Assembly: GCA_964016885.1 (NCBI GenBank) | Contig: OZ024756.1 | Span: 27,342,001-27,406,000, forward strand | DNA: 64,000 nt | From: Eledone cirrhosa | Lineage: Eukaryota | Direction of reading: 5' to 3' | Shown: positions 12,603 to 26,682 of the stretch, in pieces | How the letters are laid out: the number at the start of each line of letters is the position of its first letter | Position numbering within the stretch: the stretch's first letter is position 1 | Translations under genes and position numbers: made by a program | The notes under the pieces: generated by a model | Databases searched by the model: none | Told to the model about the DNA's origin: nothing | The model's input: only the letters and a program-made list of their open reading frames with translations

Positions 12603-13254
12603 TATAAACCTTTCAGCCGACCTTCGTATATACACGATGTAACAAAACAAAAAAATTATAATTTCAATATTTGCTTAGTATGTGTTTCCGCTTCAACAGA
12701 ATTTGATTTTATTTTCTCCTCCAGATATAAAAATAATTATTTCATTATTTAGCCTCTAATTTTACATTACTCGTATATAAAAAATCTATTTAAGAAAACA
12801 ATGTTTACTTAGCTATGTTACACTAACAGGGCTAACGAAAGAACATTTGTAGTGTGCAACAGATAGAATTACAAAGCTGCAAGGTATCAATGATTATCTT
12901 CATAGATGTATGCTAATAGAGAAAACACAAAGTTTCTCTATGTCGATAAACAAGTGGAATAGATATACTTGTGACGTCTAAATAACTATAAAATCACAAA
13001 TTATTTTCTTACAAAAAAAAAAAAAATACATTCAATAATGTAGTTATAGGAAGAATGACTAAATAAAAAGCAACGTAGAAGGGTAACAGCTGTATCGTCT
13101 TTCCGTATAAATTTGCTGGATCATGTCTAAACTGGGCCTAAACAAGAGCAGAGATAAGCAAACATGTATTTTCCAGGTAATAATATCTGTTGTGTGTTTC
13201 TGTGAATAGAGCGAATATCAGAAGGTGTTAAGATTTTCTTTTTCTTTCGGGGAT

Positions 13255-14270
13255 TGACAGTGGATTGGCAGTATGGGTAGAGTGGCAGACGCCATGCTTT
13301 GCAGCAAAGAGTTACGGCACTTTATGGTCTGAGTTCAAATCCCGCCGAGGTTAACTTTGCCTTTCATCCTTACAGGGTCGACAAAATAAAGCACCAGTAA
13401 TGCACTGGGATAATTGCTGGCCTTGTGCTAAAAGTAGAAACAATTATCAGGACAGTGCATTGGCAGTATCGGTAGAGGGTCGGGCGCCATGCTTTGCAGC
13501 ATAGAGTTACAGCCCTTTATGATCTCAGTTCCAGAGGTTAACTTTGCCTGTCATCCTTACAGGGTCGATAAAATAAAGCACCAGTAATGTACTGGGGTCG
13601 ATTTAATCGACTTTCGCCTCCCCTTAAATTCCTGACCTTGTGCATATGCTAGAAATCATTCGGTGGATTGGCAGTATCGGTAGAGGGTCGGACGCCATGC
13701 TTTCCAGCATAGTTACGTCCCTTTACGGTCTGAGTTCAAATCCCGCCGAGGTTAACTTTGCCTTTCATCCTTACGGGGTTGATAAAATAAAGTACCAGTA
13801 ATGTACTGGGGTAATTGATGGCCTTGTGCCAAAAGTGGAAGCAATTATTTTCCTTTCGAGGATTGACAGTGGATTGGCAGTATCGGTAGAGGCTCAGACA
13901 CCATGCTTGGCAGCATAGAGTTACGGCACTTTACGGTCTGAGTTCAAATACCGCCGAGGTTAACTTGCCTTTCATCCTTACGGGGTCGCTAAATTAAATC
14001 ACCAGTAATGCACTGGGATCGATTTAATCGACTTTCCCCCCCCTCCCCCAAAGTGTTGGCTTTGTGCCTATATCTTTATTGGGTGGTGGGTTGGCAGTAT
14101 CGGTAGAGGGTCAGACACCATGCTTTGTAGCATGGAGTTATGGCCCTTTACTGTCTGAGTAAAAAAATCCCGCCGAGGTTAACCTTGCCTTGCATCCTTA
14201 CAGGGTCAACAAAATAAAGTACCAGTAATGCACTGGAGTAATTGCTGGCCTTGTGCCAAAAGGAGAAACA
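13255..14270 (+). mobile_element. Head-to-tail cluster of five diverged family-1 SINEs
   Basis: Repeated GTGG(A/G)TTGGCAGTA starts near 13260, 13455, 13663, 13869, 14086. Confidence 0.85.
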
Positions 14271-14419
14271 ATATATTTGTGTCAACAAAGAATGGCCGCC
14301 ATTTTGAATTGTTCATACAATACAAACATTCGATCTTGTATTGTATGTTTGTGTAATGCAGTCTTGGCAAACTGGTACCTTACACCCCCTCCCTCCCTCT
14401 CTCTCTCTATATATATATA

Positions 14420-14463
<44 letters not shown>

Positions 14464-14746
14464 CTTCCACCTCTTTCTTTTCACCTTTTCTCTCTCTCTC
14501 TCTCTCTCTCCTTCCACCTCTTTCTTTTCACCCTTTCTCTCTCTCTCTCTCTCTCTATCTCCCCTTATCTCTCTTGTTCCCCTCTCTCTCTCTCTCTTCC
14601 TCTCTCTCCCGTCTCTCTCTCTCTCTCTTTCTCTCCCTCTCTCTCCCCCCTATTTCTCTCTTTCCACTTCTCTCTCATTTCCCCCTCTCTCCCTCTCTCT
14701 CTCTCTCTCTCTCCCGTCTCTCTCTCTCTTTATCTCCCTCTCTCTC

Positions 14747-14792
<46 letters not shown>

Positions 14793-14880
14793 CCCGACTC
14801 TCTCTCCCCCCTCTCTCTCTCTCTCTTCCTCTCTCTTTATCTCATCCCCCTCTATCTCTCTCTCGTGACCGCCCTCTCCC

Positions 14881-14939
<59 letters not shown>

Positions 14940-15299
14940 ATCCCCCTTCTCCCTCTCTCTCTCTTTATCGCCCTCTCCCTCTCTCTCTCTCTCTTTAACC
15001 CCTCTCTCTCTCTTTATCCCTCATCTCCCCCCCCTCCCCCCTCCCTCTCTCTCTTCATTAATGTAACTTTCCTCTATCCTCTATCCTCTATCTCTACAAT
15101 GTGATTCAGTCCATTCCTATTCGCTATTTCCCGACATTTTGTTATTTTCACAATTCTTTGCCTCTGTTAGTCTCACTAAACGTTATGATTATTTCAATTT
15201 TAAGAGATTTTTTTCAAAAATGATTACACTCGGTCTGACCCGCTACACTGTATAACATACAATAACAATTGATATTTCAATTACACCCAACACTCCACC

Positions 15300-15358
<59 letters not shown>

Positions 15359-15365
15359 ATGGATG

Positions 15366-15430
<65 letters not shown>

Positions 15431-15512
15431 GAGGTATATGTATATATATAGATGTATATATATGTATATATAGATATAAATAATTCTCTCTCATCCGACC
15501 TAGACAAGCAGA

Positions 15513-15577
<65 letters not shown>

Positions 15578-15686
15578 TATATATACGTAATATATATATA
15601 TATAATACATACATATATATACGTAATATATATATATAATACATACATATATATATATATAATACATCCATACATATATATATACA

Positions 15687-15734
<48 letters not shown>

Positions 15735-15970
15735 CATCCATACACACACTTATATATGTATATATATATATATATATATATTCTGCTTGTCTAGGTCGGA
15801 TGAGAGAGACAATTATTTAAGGATGGTCTTATAAATTAATGGTTGTGATGCGTTGGTATTACATCCTGACATTATATATAAGTGGTAGTTAGACGGTTGT
15901 AAGAGATTAATGCGTGGGCCAGATGAAACGGCAACAAATATATACACTGCTGTTAAAGGTTCATTATTTT

Positions 15971-16942
15971 CGGACGCCATGCTTTCCAGCATAGTTACGT
16001 CCCTTTACGATCTGAGTTCAAGTCCCGCCGAGGTTGACTTTGCCTTTCATCCTTACGGGGTCGATAAAATAAAGTACCAGTAATGCACTGGGTAATTGCT
16101 GGCCTTGTGCCAAAAGTAGAAACAATTATTTTCGGACGCCATGCTTTCCAGCATAGTTACGTCCCTTTACGATCTGAGTTCAAATCCCCCCGAGGTTGAC
16201 TTTGCCTTTCATCCTTACGGGGTCGATAAAATAAAGTACCAGTAATGCACTGAGTAATTGCTGGCCTTGTGCCTAAAGTAGAAACAATTATTTTCGGACG
16301 CCATGCTTTCCAGCATAGTTACGTCCCTTTACGATCTGAGTTCAAATCCCCCCGAGGTTGACTTTGCCTTTCATCCTTACGGGGTCGATAAAATAAAGTA
16401 CCAGTAATGCACTGGGTAATTGCTGGCCTTGTGCCTAAAGTAGAAACAATTATTTTCGGACGCCATGCTTTCCAGCATAGTTACGTCCCTTTACGATCTG
16501 AGTTCAAATCCCCCCGAGGTTGACTTTGCCTTTCATCCTTACGGGGTCGATAAAATAAAGTACCAGTAATGCACTGAGTAATTGCTGGCCTTGTGCCTAA
16601 AGTAGAAACAATTATTTTCGGACGCCATGCTTTCCAGCATAGTTACGTCCCTTTACGATCTGAGTTCAAATCCCGCCGAGGTTGACTTTGCCTTTCATCC
16701 TTACGGGGTCGATAAAATAAAGTACCAGTAATGCACTGGGTAATTGCTGGCCTTGTGCCTAAAGTAGAAACAATTATTTTCGGACGCCATGCTTTCCAGC
16801 ATAGTTACGTCCCTTTACGATCTGAGTTCAAATCCCGCCGAGGTTGACTTTGCCTTTCATCCTTACGGGGTCGATAAAATAAAGTACCAGTAATGCACTG
16901 GGTAATTGTTGGCCTTGTGCCAAAAGTAGAAACAATTATTTA
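15971..16942 (+). repeat. 6 x 162-bp tandem array of 5'-truncated family-1 SINE, followed by 2-3 more SINEs to ~17420
   Basis: CGGACGCCATG at 15971, 16133, 16295, 16457, 16619, 16781. Confidence 0.95.
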
Positions 16943-17454
16943 CAGTGGATTGGCAGTATCAGTAGAGCGTCAGACACAATGCTTTGCAGCATAGAGTTAC
17001 GGCCCTTTATGGTCTGAGTTCAAATCCCGCCGAGGTTAATTTTACTTTTCATCCTTACGGGGTCGATAAATAAAGTACCAGTAATATACTGTGATAATTG
17101 TTGGCCTTGTGCCAAAAGTAGAAACAATTATTTACGGTGGATTGGCAGCATAGGTAGGGCGTCGGACATCATGCTTTGCAGCATAGTGTTACGGCCCTTT
17201 ACGTTCTGAGTTCAAATCCCGCCGTGGTTAACTTGCCTTTCATCCTTATGTGGTCGATAAAATAAAGCACCAGTAATGCACTAGGGTCGATTTATTCAAC
17301 TTTCCTCTCCCCCAAAAAATTTCTGGCCTCGTACCTATAGTAAAAAATCGTTGTAGGGTGGGTAGAGCGTCGGTCAACATGCATTGTAGCATAGAGTTAC
17401 GGCCCTTTAAATTCTATGTTCATAAATGTACATAAACACACGGATATATATATG

Positions 17455-17670
17455 CTCGGAACAGTGAAGCGACTGAAACTACTGGACAGGACGCCAGTCC
17501 ATTGTAGGGTTAAACCCCGAGCTATTGTTGGTACTCATTTTCAGTTGAGTGTACTGTAGCAACGTGAAATGAAGTGTTTTTCTCAAGAATACAATACGCA
17601 ACCCAGCCCAGGAATCGAACCCACGACATTCGTAAGTCCAGCACCTTTAGCACTAGGCCAAACGCCTCCA
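17455..17670 (-). mobile_element. tRNA-derived SINE, family 2 (CORE-like plus V-like domains)
   Basis: B box GGTTCGATTCC, CORE-like TTCTTGAGAAAAACACTTCATTTCACGTTGCT, V-like ATGGACTGGCGTCCTGTCCAG; related copies near 18240-18395 (-), 51494-51750 (+), 63200-63456 (-), 63721-64000 (+). Confidence 0.75.
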
Positions 17671-19428
17671 CAGTACCAATGTATTAATACCTGTGTGTTC
17701 ATTCCTATTATTTAATTACCTGTGCATTAATACCTGTGGATTTATACCTGTGCATTAATTAATGTTAAGAACCTATGAATGTATTGCAAGAATGTTCTAG
17801 TATGTGGTGGAGGTAGTGAAGTCATTCGGTAACTTCTAGTGGTGACATTTAAACACAGGTAAATACTCTACAGGTAATCTTAATAACGGTATTCATTCTT
17901 CTTTCATGCAAACTGACTTTACATATGCACACACAACATGCAGTTCACACAATCAGCTGAAAAATTCATAAGCTGACTATGAAGGAGTGATGGTAGAGCT
18001 GTGAAATCTTGCATGCATTAATTTCAACTCTTCTCATTAATAACTTCATTGTTTCTTTCCAGGGACTATGTTGAAAAATAAAACTCATTTGGTCATTCTA
18101 TGAGAGGGTCTTGGTCAGCCTATGAAGGAGTGATGCTAAAGCTGTGAAATCGTGAATACATTAATTTTAACTCTTCTTGTTAAATAACTGTATTGTTTCT
18201 TTCCAGGGAGTATGTTGAAAAAATAAACCTCAAGTTCTCGGGGAGATTCAGCTAACACAGAACGTGACAAGGCTGACTCTTCGAATTACAAGTACAACTC
18301 ATTTTTACCTGCTGAGTGGATTGGATCAACGTGAAATAAACTGTCTAGCGCAAAGACCCAACGCACCGCCGGGAATCGAACTCACGACCTTTCCATTGGT
18401 GCTAGAGCTGTGAAATCTTACACGCATTAATTTCAATTTCAAATCTTCTTATTAAAAACTGCATTGTTTCTTTCCGGGGACTGTGTTGAAAAATAAACCT
18501 CATTTGGTCATTCCATGAGAGTATCTTGGTCAGCCTATGAACTTTTCGTGGGGACGTTTCTGGGGTATTTTTAAAGCTGGTGGAGTCCATTTCCTCTCCA
18601 GGTCTAAATACAGTCGAGAGAAGGATAGAGGGAGTGAGAGAAAAGAAGTGAGAAAGAGATAATAGAGGAAGAATCGGCCCCTGGCACTTTTTTTATCGAC
18701 CTCAAATGGATGAAAGGCAAAGTTGACCTCGGTGGGATTTGAACTCGGAGAGCACCACCCGAACATAAAGGGCCATAACTCCATGGTGCAAAGCATGATC
18801 TCTGACGCTCTGCCGATACTAAAGATATTAATAATAAGATATTAATAATAAAGATATTAATAATAAAGATATTAATAATAATTGTTTCTACTTTTGGCGC
18901 AAGGCCAGCAATTATCCCAGTGTATTACTGGTACTTTATTTTATCGACCCCGTAAAGATGAAAGGCAAAGTTAACCTCGGCGGGATTTGAACTCATACCA
19001 TAAAGGGCCGTAACTCTTTGCTGCAAAGCATGGCGCCCGACCCTCTACCGATACTGCCAATCCTCCGCCCTATATAATGATGTCATCTTTTGTTTTGTTT
19101 TGTTTTGTTTTGTTTTTATTCTACAGAAACAGTAAATCTGTTCACGGCATATGAATATGATGTAAATATTAAATATTATTGTTTCACATACTTCAACTGT
19201 TCAGGTGAAATGCTGACATGCTACTTGAGGTTGTGTCTACCTTTATACTCTTGACGTTCAGCTTCAGCAGATGTAGCTTTTAGGTTGTAGCTGAAGGTAC
19301 ATTATATTGTCAAAGATCTACCAACCATAAACATGTTTTTGATTGATGAAGGCTACAAAAAGATTCCACGACTGAAACATTTAACCATTAGCTAATGTTG
19401 CAACGTCGTCGCCATCATCCTTATTGGT

Positions 19429-20132
19429 ACTAGCAGAAAAACCACCCCTCGAGTGGTTTTCTGCTAGCATGTGTAGTGTGCATATTCATATTACACGCAA
19501 ATATATATATGCATGTAGATATGATGCATCAAGTAAAATCGTAATTGACAATATACACAGAAATTGAACGAAGTCTATGTTACACTGTCTTCTGCAATCA
19601 GTAAAGTAATCCATGATACATTTAAGAAAAGACGATATCATATATAAACTGCATTAGGAAAAAATTAGCGACGGAAATATATGCGATATTTTTATAAGTG
19701 TTATAATATAACGGCCGCTAACCGGAAGTGTTGACATTTGAAAATTTTAAAGAAGTGAATCTTTAAATAAGCAATAAAATATATTTAATCAAGAGTTACG
19801 AAATTTAGCACATAAATTATGTAATATTTATTCATTATTTATTCAAAGTAATACGGTGGATTGGCAGTATCGGTAGAGGGTCGGACGCCATGCTTTCCAG
19901 CATAGTTACGTCCCTTTACGATCTGAGTTCAAATCCCGCCGAGGTTGACTTTGCCTTTCATCCTTACGGGGTCGATAAAATAAAGTACCAGTAATGCACT
20001 GGGTATTTGCTGGCCTTGTGCCTAACGTAGAAACAATTATTTATTCAAAGTAATCCAACTTATTTTACAAACGGCGTAAAAAAACATATTCTGGACGCAG
20101 TCCCGCACTCTTTTCTTTATTATAGTTAAGAT
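19429..20132 (+). mobile_element. Helentron/HINE-like element, copy 2, interrupted by a SINE (19853-20035)
   Basis: Colinear with 8011-8498; SINE flanked by 19-bp TSD ATTATTTATTCAAAGTAAT. Confidence 0.65.
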
Positions 20133-20189
20133 AGTTAACTGTGAAATCTTTAACTGCTTAATGAACACAACCACAAGGTTGTAGCTTAT

Positions 20190-20608
20190 AACTGTTGCTT
20201 GAGGTGGTGATAGGATTAACAGCATCTTATCAATCCTATGTGTGACTGCTGCATCGAACGACAGACTATGCAGCACCTCCTGCTAAAGACGAGCGACACT
20301 GCTCCCCGGAGCAGATACAAACTATGAAATGAGGAAATACCTAAACAGATTAAGATCTGGTGTTGGAGGTGCAAAAGTCAATCTTGCAAAATGGGGATAT
20401 TTAAAGGATGGAGATGTTGTGTGTGACTGTGGCATCAAACCACAGACTACACACCACCTCATGATATGGCCCCCTGCTGGAACACCCCTGCACAGCATTG
20501 GACTTGGCTGAGTTTAATGAGAAAGGACAGCAATGTGTTCAGTTGTGGCGGAACCACATCTAGCCAAGCTTTGTAACTGATACTGTTGTGGACTTGACAA
20601 GAAGAAGA
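20190..20608 (+). mobile_element. I-group (Vingi/Ingi-like) LINE 3' fragment
   Basis: LNRLRSGVG..K..LAKWG...CDCG..QT.HHL zinc-knuckle region and a (GAA)n tail. Confidence 0.6.
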
Positions 20609-20868
20609 CTCTCGTTTATTCTTGTATATTATATAATTGTTTCTACTTTTGGGCACAAGGCTAGCAATTAACCAGTGCATTACTGGTACTTTATTTTATC
20701 GACCCCGTAAGGATGAAAGGCAAAGTTAACCTCGGCGGGATTTGAACAGAGAATGGCAAGGGCCGTAACTCTATGTGTCAAAGTATGGCGTCCGACCCTC
20801 TACCGATACTGCCCTACCACCGCCCATGTATATTATATATTACATTCTTGTATATTATATAATGATGC

Positions 20869-20934
<66 letters not shown>

Positions 20935-20995
20935 GAAAATTCGAAGGCAAGGTAAAAACATTTTACACAACCAATAATGCACCTTACTATATAAC

Positions 20996-21040
<45 letters not shown>

Positions 21041-21320
21041 GTGTGTGTGGTGTATATATATATATATATAGTGTGGTATATTATATATAGTGGCTTTACT
21101 CTAAAGAATGGGGACATTGTGTGTGACCTGCCAACCTCTAAACCCTCAAACGAGGAGTACCATAAAAAAAAGTGCCCCAAAACAGAGAGAATGAGGCAAA
21201 ATGGGGAGATTTTACATAATGAAAATTAAACCCATTTTCACAAGACAATGTATCTCTCATCCACCTTAAAGTGGGTGGGAGATCTCCCCGCCGGACCAGG
21301 AGAGAGAGTTGACAGGTCTG

Positions 21321-21399
<79 letters not shown>

Positions 21400-21402
<3 letters not shown>

Positions 21403-21778
21403 TTTTCAAATACCACTTTGGAAGAAGAATCAGGATGGAGAGAGAGGTGCTGTACCCCAGCAAGTTTTATGAAAGGTGGGTGAAAGTGGCGAGAATGGCC
21501 CGAGTGAATGGGCCTTCTCTCTATATCAGCCTGTAGATTGAGGAAAAGGAGGAGGAGAGGAAAGCAGTACAAGCTCTTCGTACTCCTGGAGATGAGGGTT
21601 GCACATTTTTTTTCGGGGGTCTGTGTTACCCATATAAACTGTCTCCCTCTATTGGGGAAAATCGACTAACTTTTAAATTCCATCTGTGATAACATTTTAC
21701 ACGTTTTTATTGTATGTAAACTTCCCCCTTTGTATGTGTCCCCTTCTTTTGTGCCCCTGTGGCTAATAAAGAAATATA
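21400..21778 (+). mobile_element. Tx1/L1-like LINE 3' fragment within (ATCT)n
   Basis: ORF end ...KFYERWVKVARM...*, 3' UTR with AATAAA, (ATCT)n on both sides. Confidence 0.55.
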
Positions 21779-21836
21779 TCTATCTATCTATTTATCTATT
21801 TATCTATCTATCTATCTATCTGTTTATCTATCTATC

Positions 21837-21867
<31 letters not shown>

Positions 21868-22275
21868 CTATTTATCTGTTTATCTATCTGCTGATTTCTT
21901 TCAGAGACGAATAGAGCGAGAGAACGGAAGCGAGGAAGATATATAGAGAAAGAATCGACCTCAGTACTAAACTGGTACTTTATTTATCGACCTAAATGGA
22001 TGAAAGGCAAAGTTGACCTCGACGGGATTGGAACTCAGAGCGCAGATAGCCGCAAATAATACCTCAAAGCATTCTATCTGACGTTCTAACGAGTTTGCCA
22101 ATTTCCCGCCTATAATACTGATGATACAGTCTTTAAAATTACGTAAGACGGAAGGTGCAGACAACTTGTGTCTAAAATATTCTATTTCATATTAAATTTC
22201 TCTCCCTTACATCATCTAATATGATGAAATGAAAGGTGAAGTAATATTGATAGGTTAAAATAACGTTATAGAACA

Positions 22276-22313
<38 letters not shown>

Positions 22314-23256
22314 TACACAGACACACACAGCCACAGACACACACACATACATACATACATACATACATACATACATACATACATACATACATACATACAT
22401 ACACAGACACACAGTCACACACAGACACACACACGCTGACACGCAGTCACACACAGACACACACACGCTGACACACAGTCACACACAGACAGACACACAC
22501 GCACACACAGACACACAGATACGCATACACAGACACACACAGCCACAGACACACACACATACATACACAGACACACAGAGCCACAGACACACACACACAC
22601 ATACATACATACATACATACATACATACATACATACATACATACATACACAGACACACACAGCCACAGACACACACACACACATACATACATACATACAT
22701 ACATACATACATACATACACAGACACACACACCGACACTCACACACACGCCGACACACAGTCACACACTGACACGCAGTCACACACTGACACACACACGC
22801 TGACACACAGTCACACACAGACAGACACACACGCACACACAGACACACAGACACGCATACACAGACACACACAGCCACAGACACACACAGCCACAGACAC
22901 ACACACACACACACATACATACATACATACATACATACATACATACATACATACATACATACATACATACATACATACATACACAGACACACACACCGAC
23001 ACACACACACACGCCGACACGCAGTCACACACTGACACACAGTCACACACTGACACATACACACTGACACGCAGTCACACACAGACACACACACGCTGAC
23101 ACACAGTCACACACAGACAGACACACAGACACACACACACACACACACGCGCGGGCGCACGCACACACAGATACAAACATTCATACCCACACAAACATAT
23201 CCACACACATAAAAACACTCACACACATACCCTCGCACACACACACACATGCACAC

Positions 23257-23299
<43 letters not shown>

Positions 23300-23469
23300 A
23301 TGTGTGTGTATGTTGTTTCGCCTGTAATGCGTTACACATACATATGAAGACTAAACCCAAAATCTTTTTCTTAGACTCTTGGTTTGAACCCCCTATCCCT
23401 TATACAGGGTTTGACTTTCACCTGATGAGACCCTAAGTTTTGTACAAATGAAATTTGTGGCCCTTATAT

Positions 23470-23650
23470 ATGAAAAGATTCAGGAGGCCGACAGCTGAGC
23501 TCCAGTCGTTTCGACAGCTTGAATGGTCGAAACAGCCGGAGCTCAGCCGTCGGGGTCCTGAATCCTTTCACATTAACCACTCTACTACCCCCAACTAGCG
23601 AGAACTCTGGTGGGTTATGGTCTAGCTGGTTTCTTACTACATCCCTATCT
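23470..23650. mobile_element. Fold-back element with the 3' half of a hammerhead (family G)
   Basis: Inverted copies of GTC-GAAAC-(G/A)GC..GAGCTC-AGCC-GTC-GGGGTCC; related pieces at ~5740, 33665-33701, 42910-43063, 50230-50362, 63631-63667. Confidence 0.6.
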
Positions 23651-23862
23651 GATATATATATATATATATATATATGAAAAAGTGAGTCCTTCATCAGTGA
23701 CCCTCCAACCGTCCTCGGCATTTCATCGCTTTAAGGGCCATATGCCGGGACCTACGTATATATATATATATATATACGTAGGTCCCGGGTTGAGTCGGGG
23801 ATAACCACAGTAAGTAAGGTACTCAATACATGGCAGAGTAAAAAAATTTTATTTTATAGAAG

Positions 23863-23915
23863 GAGCTTCTACAGGACTAGTACTGTTTCATTCAGATGAA
23901 ATCTTCAGGAAGCTC
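23863..23915 (-). ncRNA. Type-I hammerhead ribozyme, family F (complete)
   Basis: GAGCTTC-CTGAAGA-T-TTC atct GAA-T-GAA-ACAG tactagtc CTGT-A-GAAGCTC: 7-bp stem I, GUA site; truncated inverted copy at 24121-24177. Confidence 0.8.
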
Positions 23916-24219
23916 TTTTTTTCTCTTACTTTTTCTTTTTTTTTTTTTTTGATTTTCTCTCTTTGAGCAGGTATATACGTGAATTTGTGTGTGCGGCCAC
24001 GGAACTTTACTCAGAGGCATACAACACAATATATAAGACCTGGAGGGGAGGAAAGAAGGTAATAATGAGTAATGAGAGATAGAGGGGAGGAAAGAGGGTA
24101 ATAATGAGAGATGGAGGGACGGAAGATTTCATCTGAATGAAACAGTACTAGTCCTGTAGAAGCTCCTTCTATAAAATATATATATATATATAAATGAAAA
24201 GTATAGAAATTGTTGTAGC

Positions 24220-24354
<135 letters not shown>

Positions 24355-24437
24355 AGAGAGAGAGAGTTATATTAAATACACATACCAAAATGTATATTCA
24401 TATATGTGTATGTATGTATGCATAAATATATGTGTGT

Positions 24438-24495
<58 letters not shown>

Positions 24496-24519
24496 TGTAT
24501 ATATATGTATATATATGTA

Positions 24520-24551
<32 letters not shown>

Positions 24552-24662
24552 CATATATATATATTTATATATATATATGTATATATATATGTATATATAT
24601 ATATATGTGTATATATATATGTGTATATATATATATATATATATAATATATATATATATATG

Positions 24663-24751
<89 letters not shown>

Positions 24752-24779
24752 CTCTGTGTGTGTGTGTGTGTGTGTATGT

Positions 24780-24813
<34 letters not shown>

Positions 24814-25104
24814 TGCCCGCAGCCAATCACAATTGAACGGCATAACTTCTACTACGCTGCTGGAGCACTTCCGTCTATTTGCCAGTTCTGCGGCCATGTC
24901 GAGTAGTTCAGACTTAATTGGATTGGTCATGCATGACTGCTAGATGGTCAACAAATACACGTATAGACACAGACACACACAAACACACATACACATCCGT
25001 ACAGTCAGACACACGTACACACAAATGCATACACATGCGCCAGAACAATATACTCTAACATATATAAATTCATGCACACACACACACTCATACACATATA
25101 TTTT

Positions 25105-25362
25105 TTTTTTTTTCCATCCCCGAGGTAATAACAAACAAACGCTTGATTTGTTTCGGTCGATCTTATTATAAAGAATGTTTCGTTACAGCGAATTTTTGTT
25201 TATACCCTGTGAATTTCGTTGTAACGAAACATTCTTTATAACGAGATCGACCGAAACAAATCGAGCGTTTGTTTGTTTATTACCTCGGGGATTGAAAAAA
25301 ATTTCGTAAGACTGAAAAGTTCGTTAAAATGGCATCCGTCTGTTATGACGTAATTTTACCTG

Positions 25363-25365
<3 letters not shown>
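25105..25365. mobile_element. Palindromic DNA-transposon-like MITE remnant
   Basis: ~85-bp inverted arms centred near 25203, CGTTACA/TAACG repeats, ends CTGTA in (TA)n; no hammerhead core seen. Confidence 0.5.
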
Positions 25366-25446
<81 letters not shown>

Positions 25447-25759
25447 TGTGCTCATACCAATTTACAAATGTGAACGTACAACTATACACACGCATAATCG
25501 TAAACGGACTTCTATTCATACACAAGCACATACACACGTCCACATTGACAGCTCTGAAATCAGTAGAGAGAAATGAGGCAAAATGGGGAGATTTTATATA
25601 ATATACCCATTTTATATAATATACCCATTTTATATAATATACCCATTTTCACAAAAGAAGACATCTCTCATCCACCTCAAATCAGTAGGGTAGGCCAACA
25701 TATCTTACAATGCTAGGTTCAATTCTTTTCATAGCAAGCGTTACCTATAATAGTCCTGG

Positions 25760-26682
25760 AAGATTTATTTGTTACATATTCTGGAAAGAATCCAATCGCG
25801 TATATAAACGACAGAAATGGGATTCCTCCGAATGGTCTTTGGAGTAACGTTACTCGATAAAGTGTGTAACTCGGAGATCAGAGAGTCACTCCATGTAGAG
25901 CTGCTACTTCTCCGAATTGAGATATCACAGCTCAGATACTACTGACATGTGGTTAGAATGTCCCAGGAAAGAATCACTGGACAGATCTGTAGTTCGAAGA
26001 TCGAGAGTCACTCCAGGTAGAGCCGATACTTCTCTGAATTGAGAGATCACAGCTCCGATACTACTGACAAGTGATTAGAATGTCTCAGGAAAGAATCCCT
26101 GGACAGATCTGTAGCTCGGAGATCAGAGAGTCACTCCAGGTAAAGCCGCTACTTCTCCAAATTGAGAGATCACAGCTCCGATACTACTGACATGTGGTTA
26201 GAATGTCTCAGGAAAGAACCATTGGACAGATCTGTAGTTCGGAGATCAGAGAGTCACTCTAGGTAGAGCCGCTATTTCTCCGAATTGAGAGATCAGAGCT
26301 CCGATACTATGGGCGTGCGGTTAAAATGTCTCAGAGAAGAATCACTGGACAGATCTGTAGTTCGGAGATCAGAGAGTCACTCCAGGTAGAGCCACTACTT
26401 CTCCAAATTGAGAGATCACAGCTCCGATACTATGGGGCATGCGGTTAGAATATTTCAGGAAAGAATCGCTGGACAGATTTTTACGAGCAAAACCAACCGG
26501 CAGGAGACTCAGAGGTAGACCCCGAGCAAGATGGTTGGATAACATCCATAAGCTTGACTAATCACGCTTAGGGATCCAGCCGAATCACTTGGAGACGGTT
26601 GCTTCTGACAGGACCCGCTGGAAGGAGTCTTTGAGGACTCTTCTCCCATGATCCTCTCAGGAATAAGTGGGTGAAGAAGAAG
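25760..26682 (+). mobile_element. Rex3/Expander-like RTE LINE 3' fragment with an internal 5 x 123-bp tandem amplification
   Basis: TEMGFLR..GVTLLDK then (SEIRESLQVEPLLLRIERSQLRYYGHVVRMSQER)n then PTGRRLRGRPRARWLD...DRTRWK; (GAA)n tail. Confidence 0.85.

Noticed and set aside
15971-16942. CRISPR-like regular array
   Set aside because: There are no unique spacers, the units are whole SINE bodies, the context is eukaryotic, and there are no cas genes
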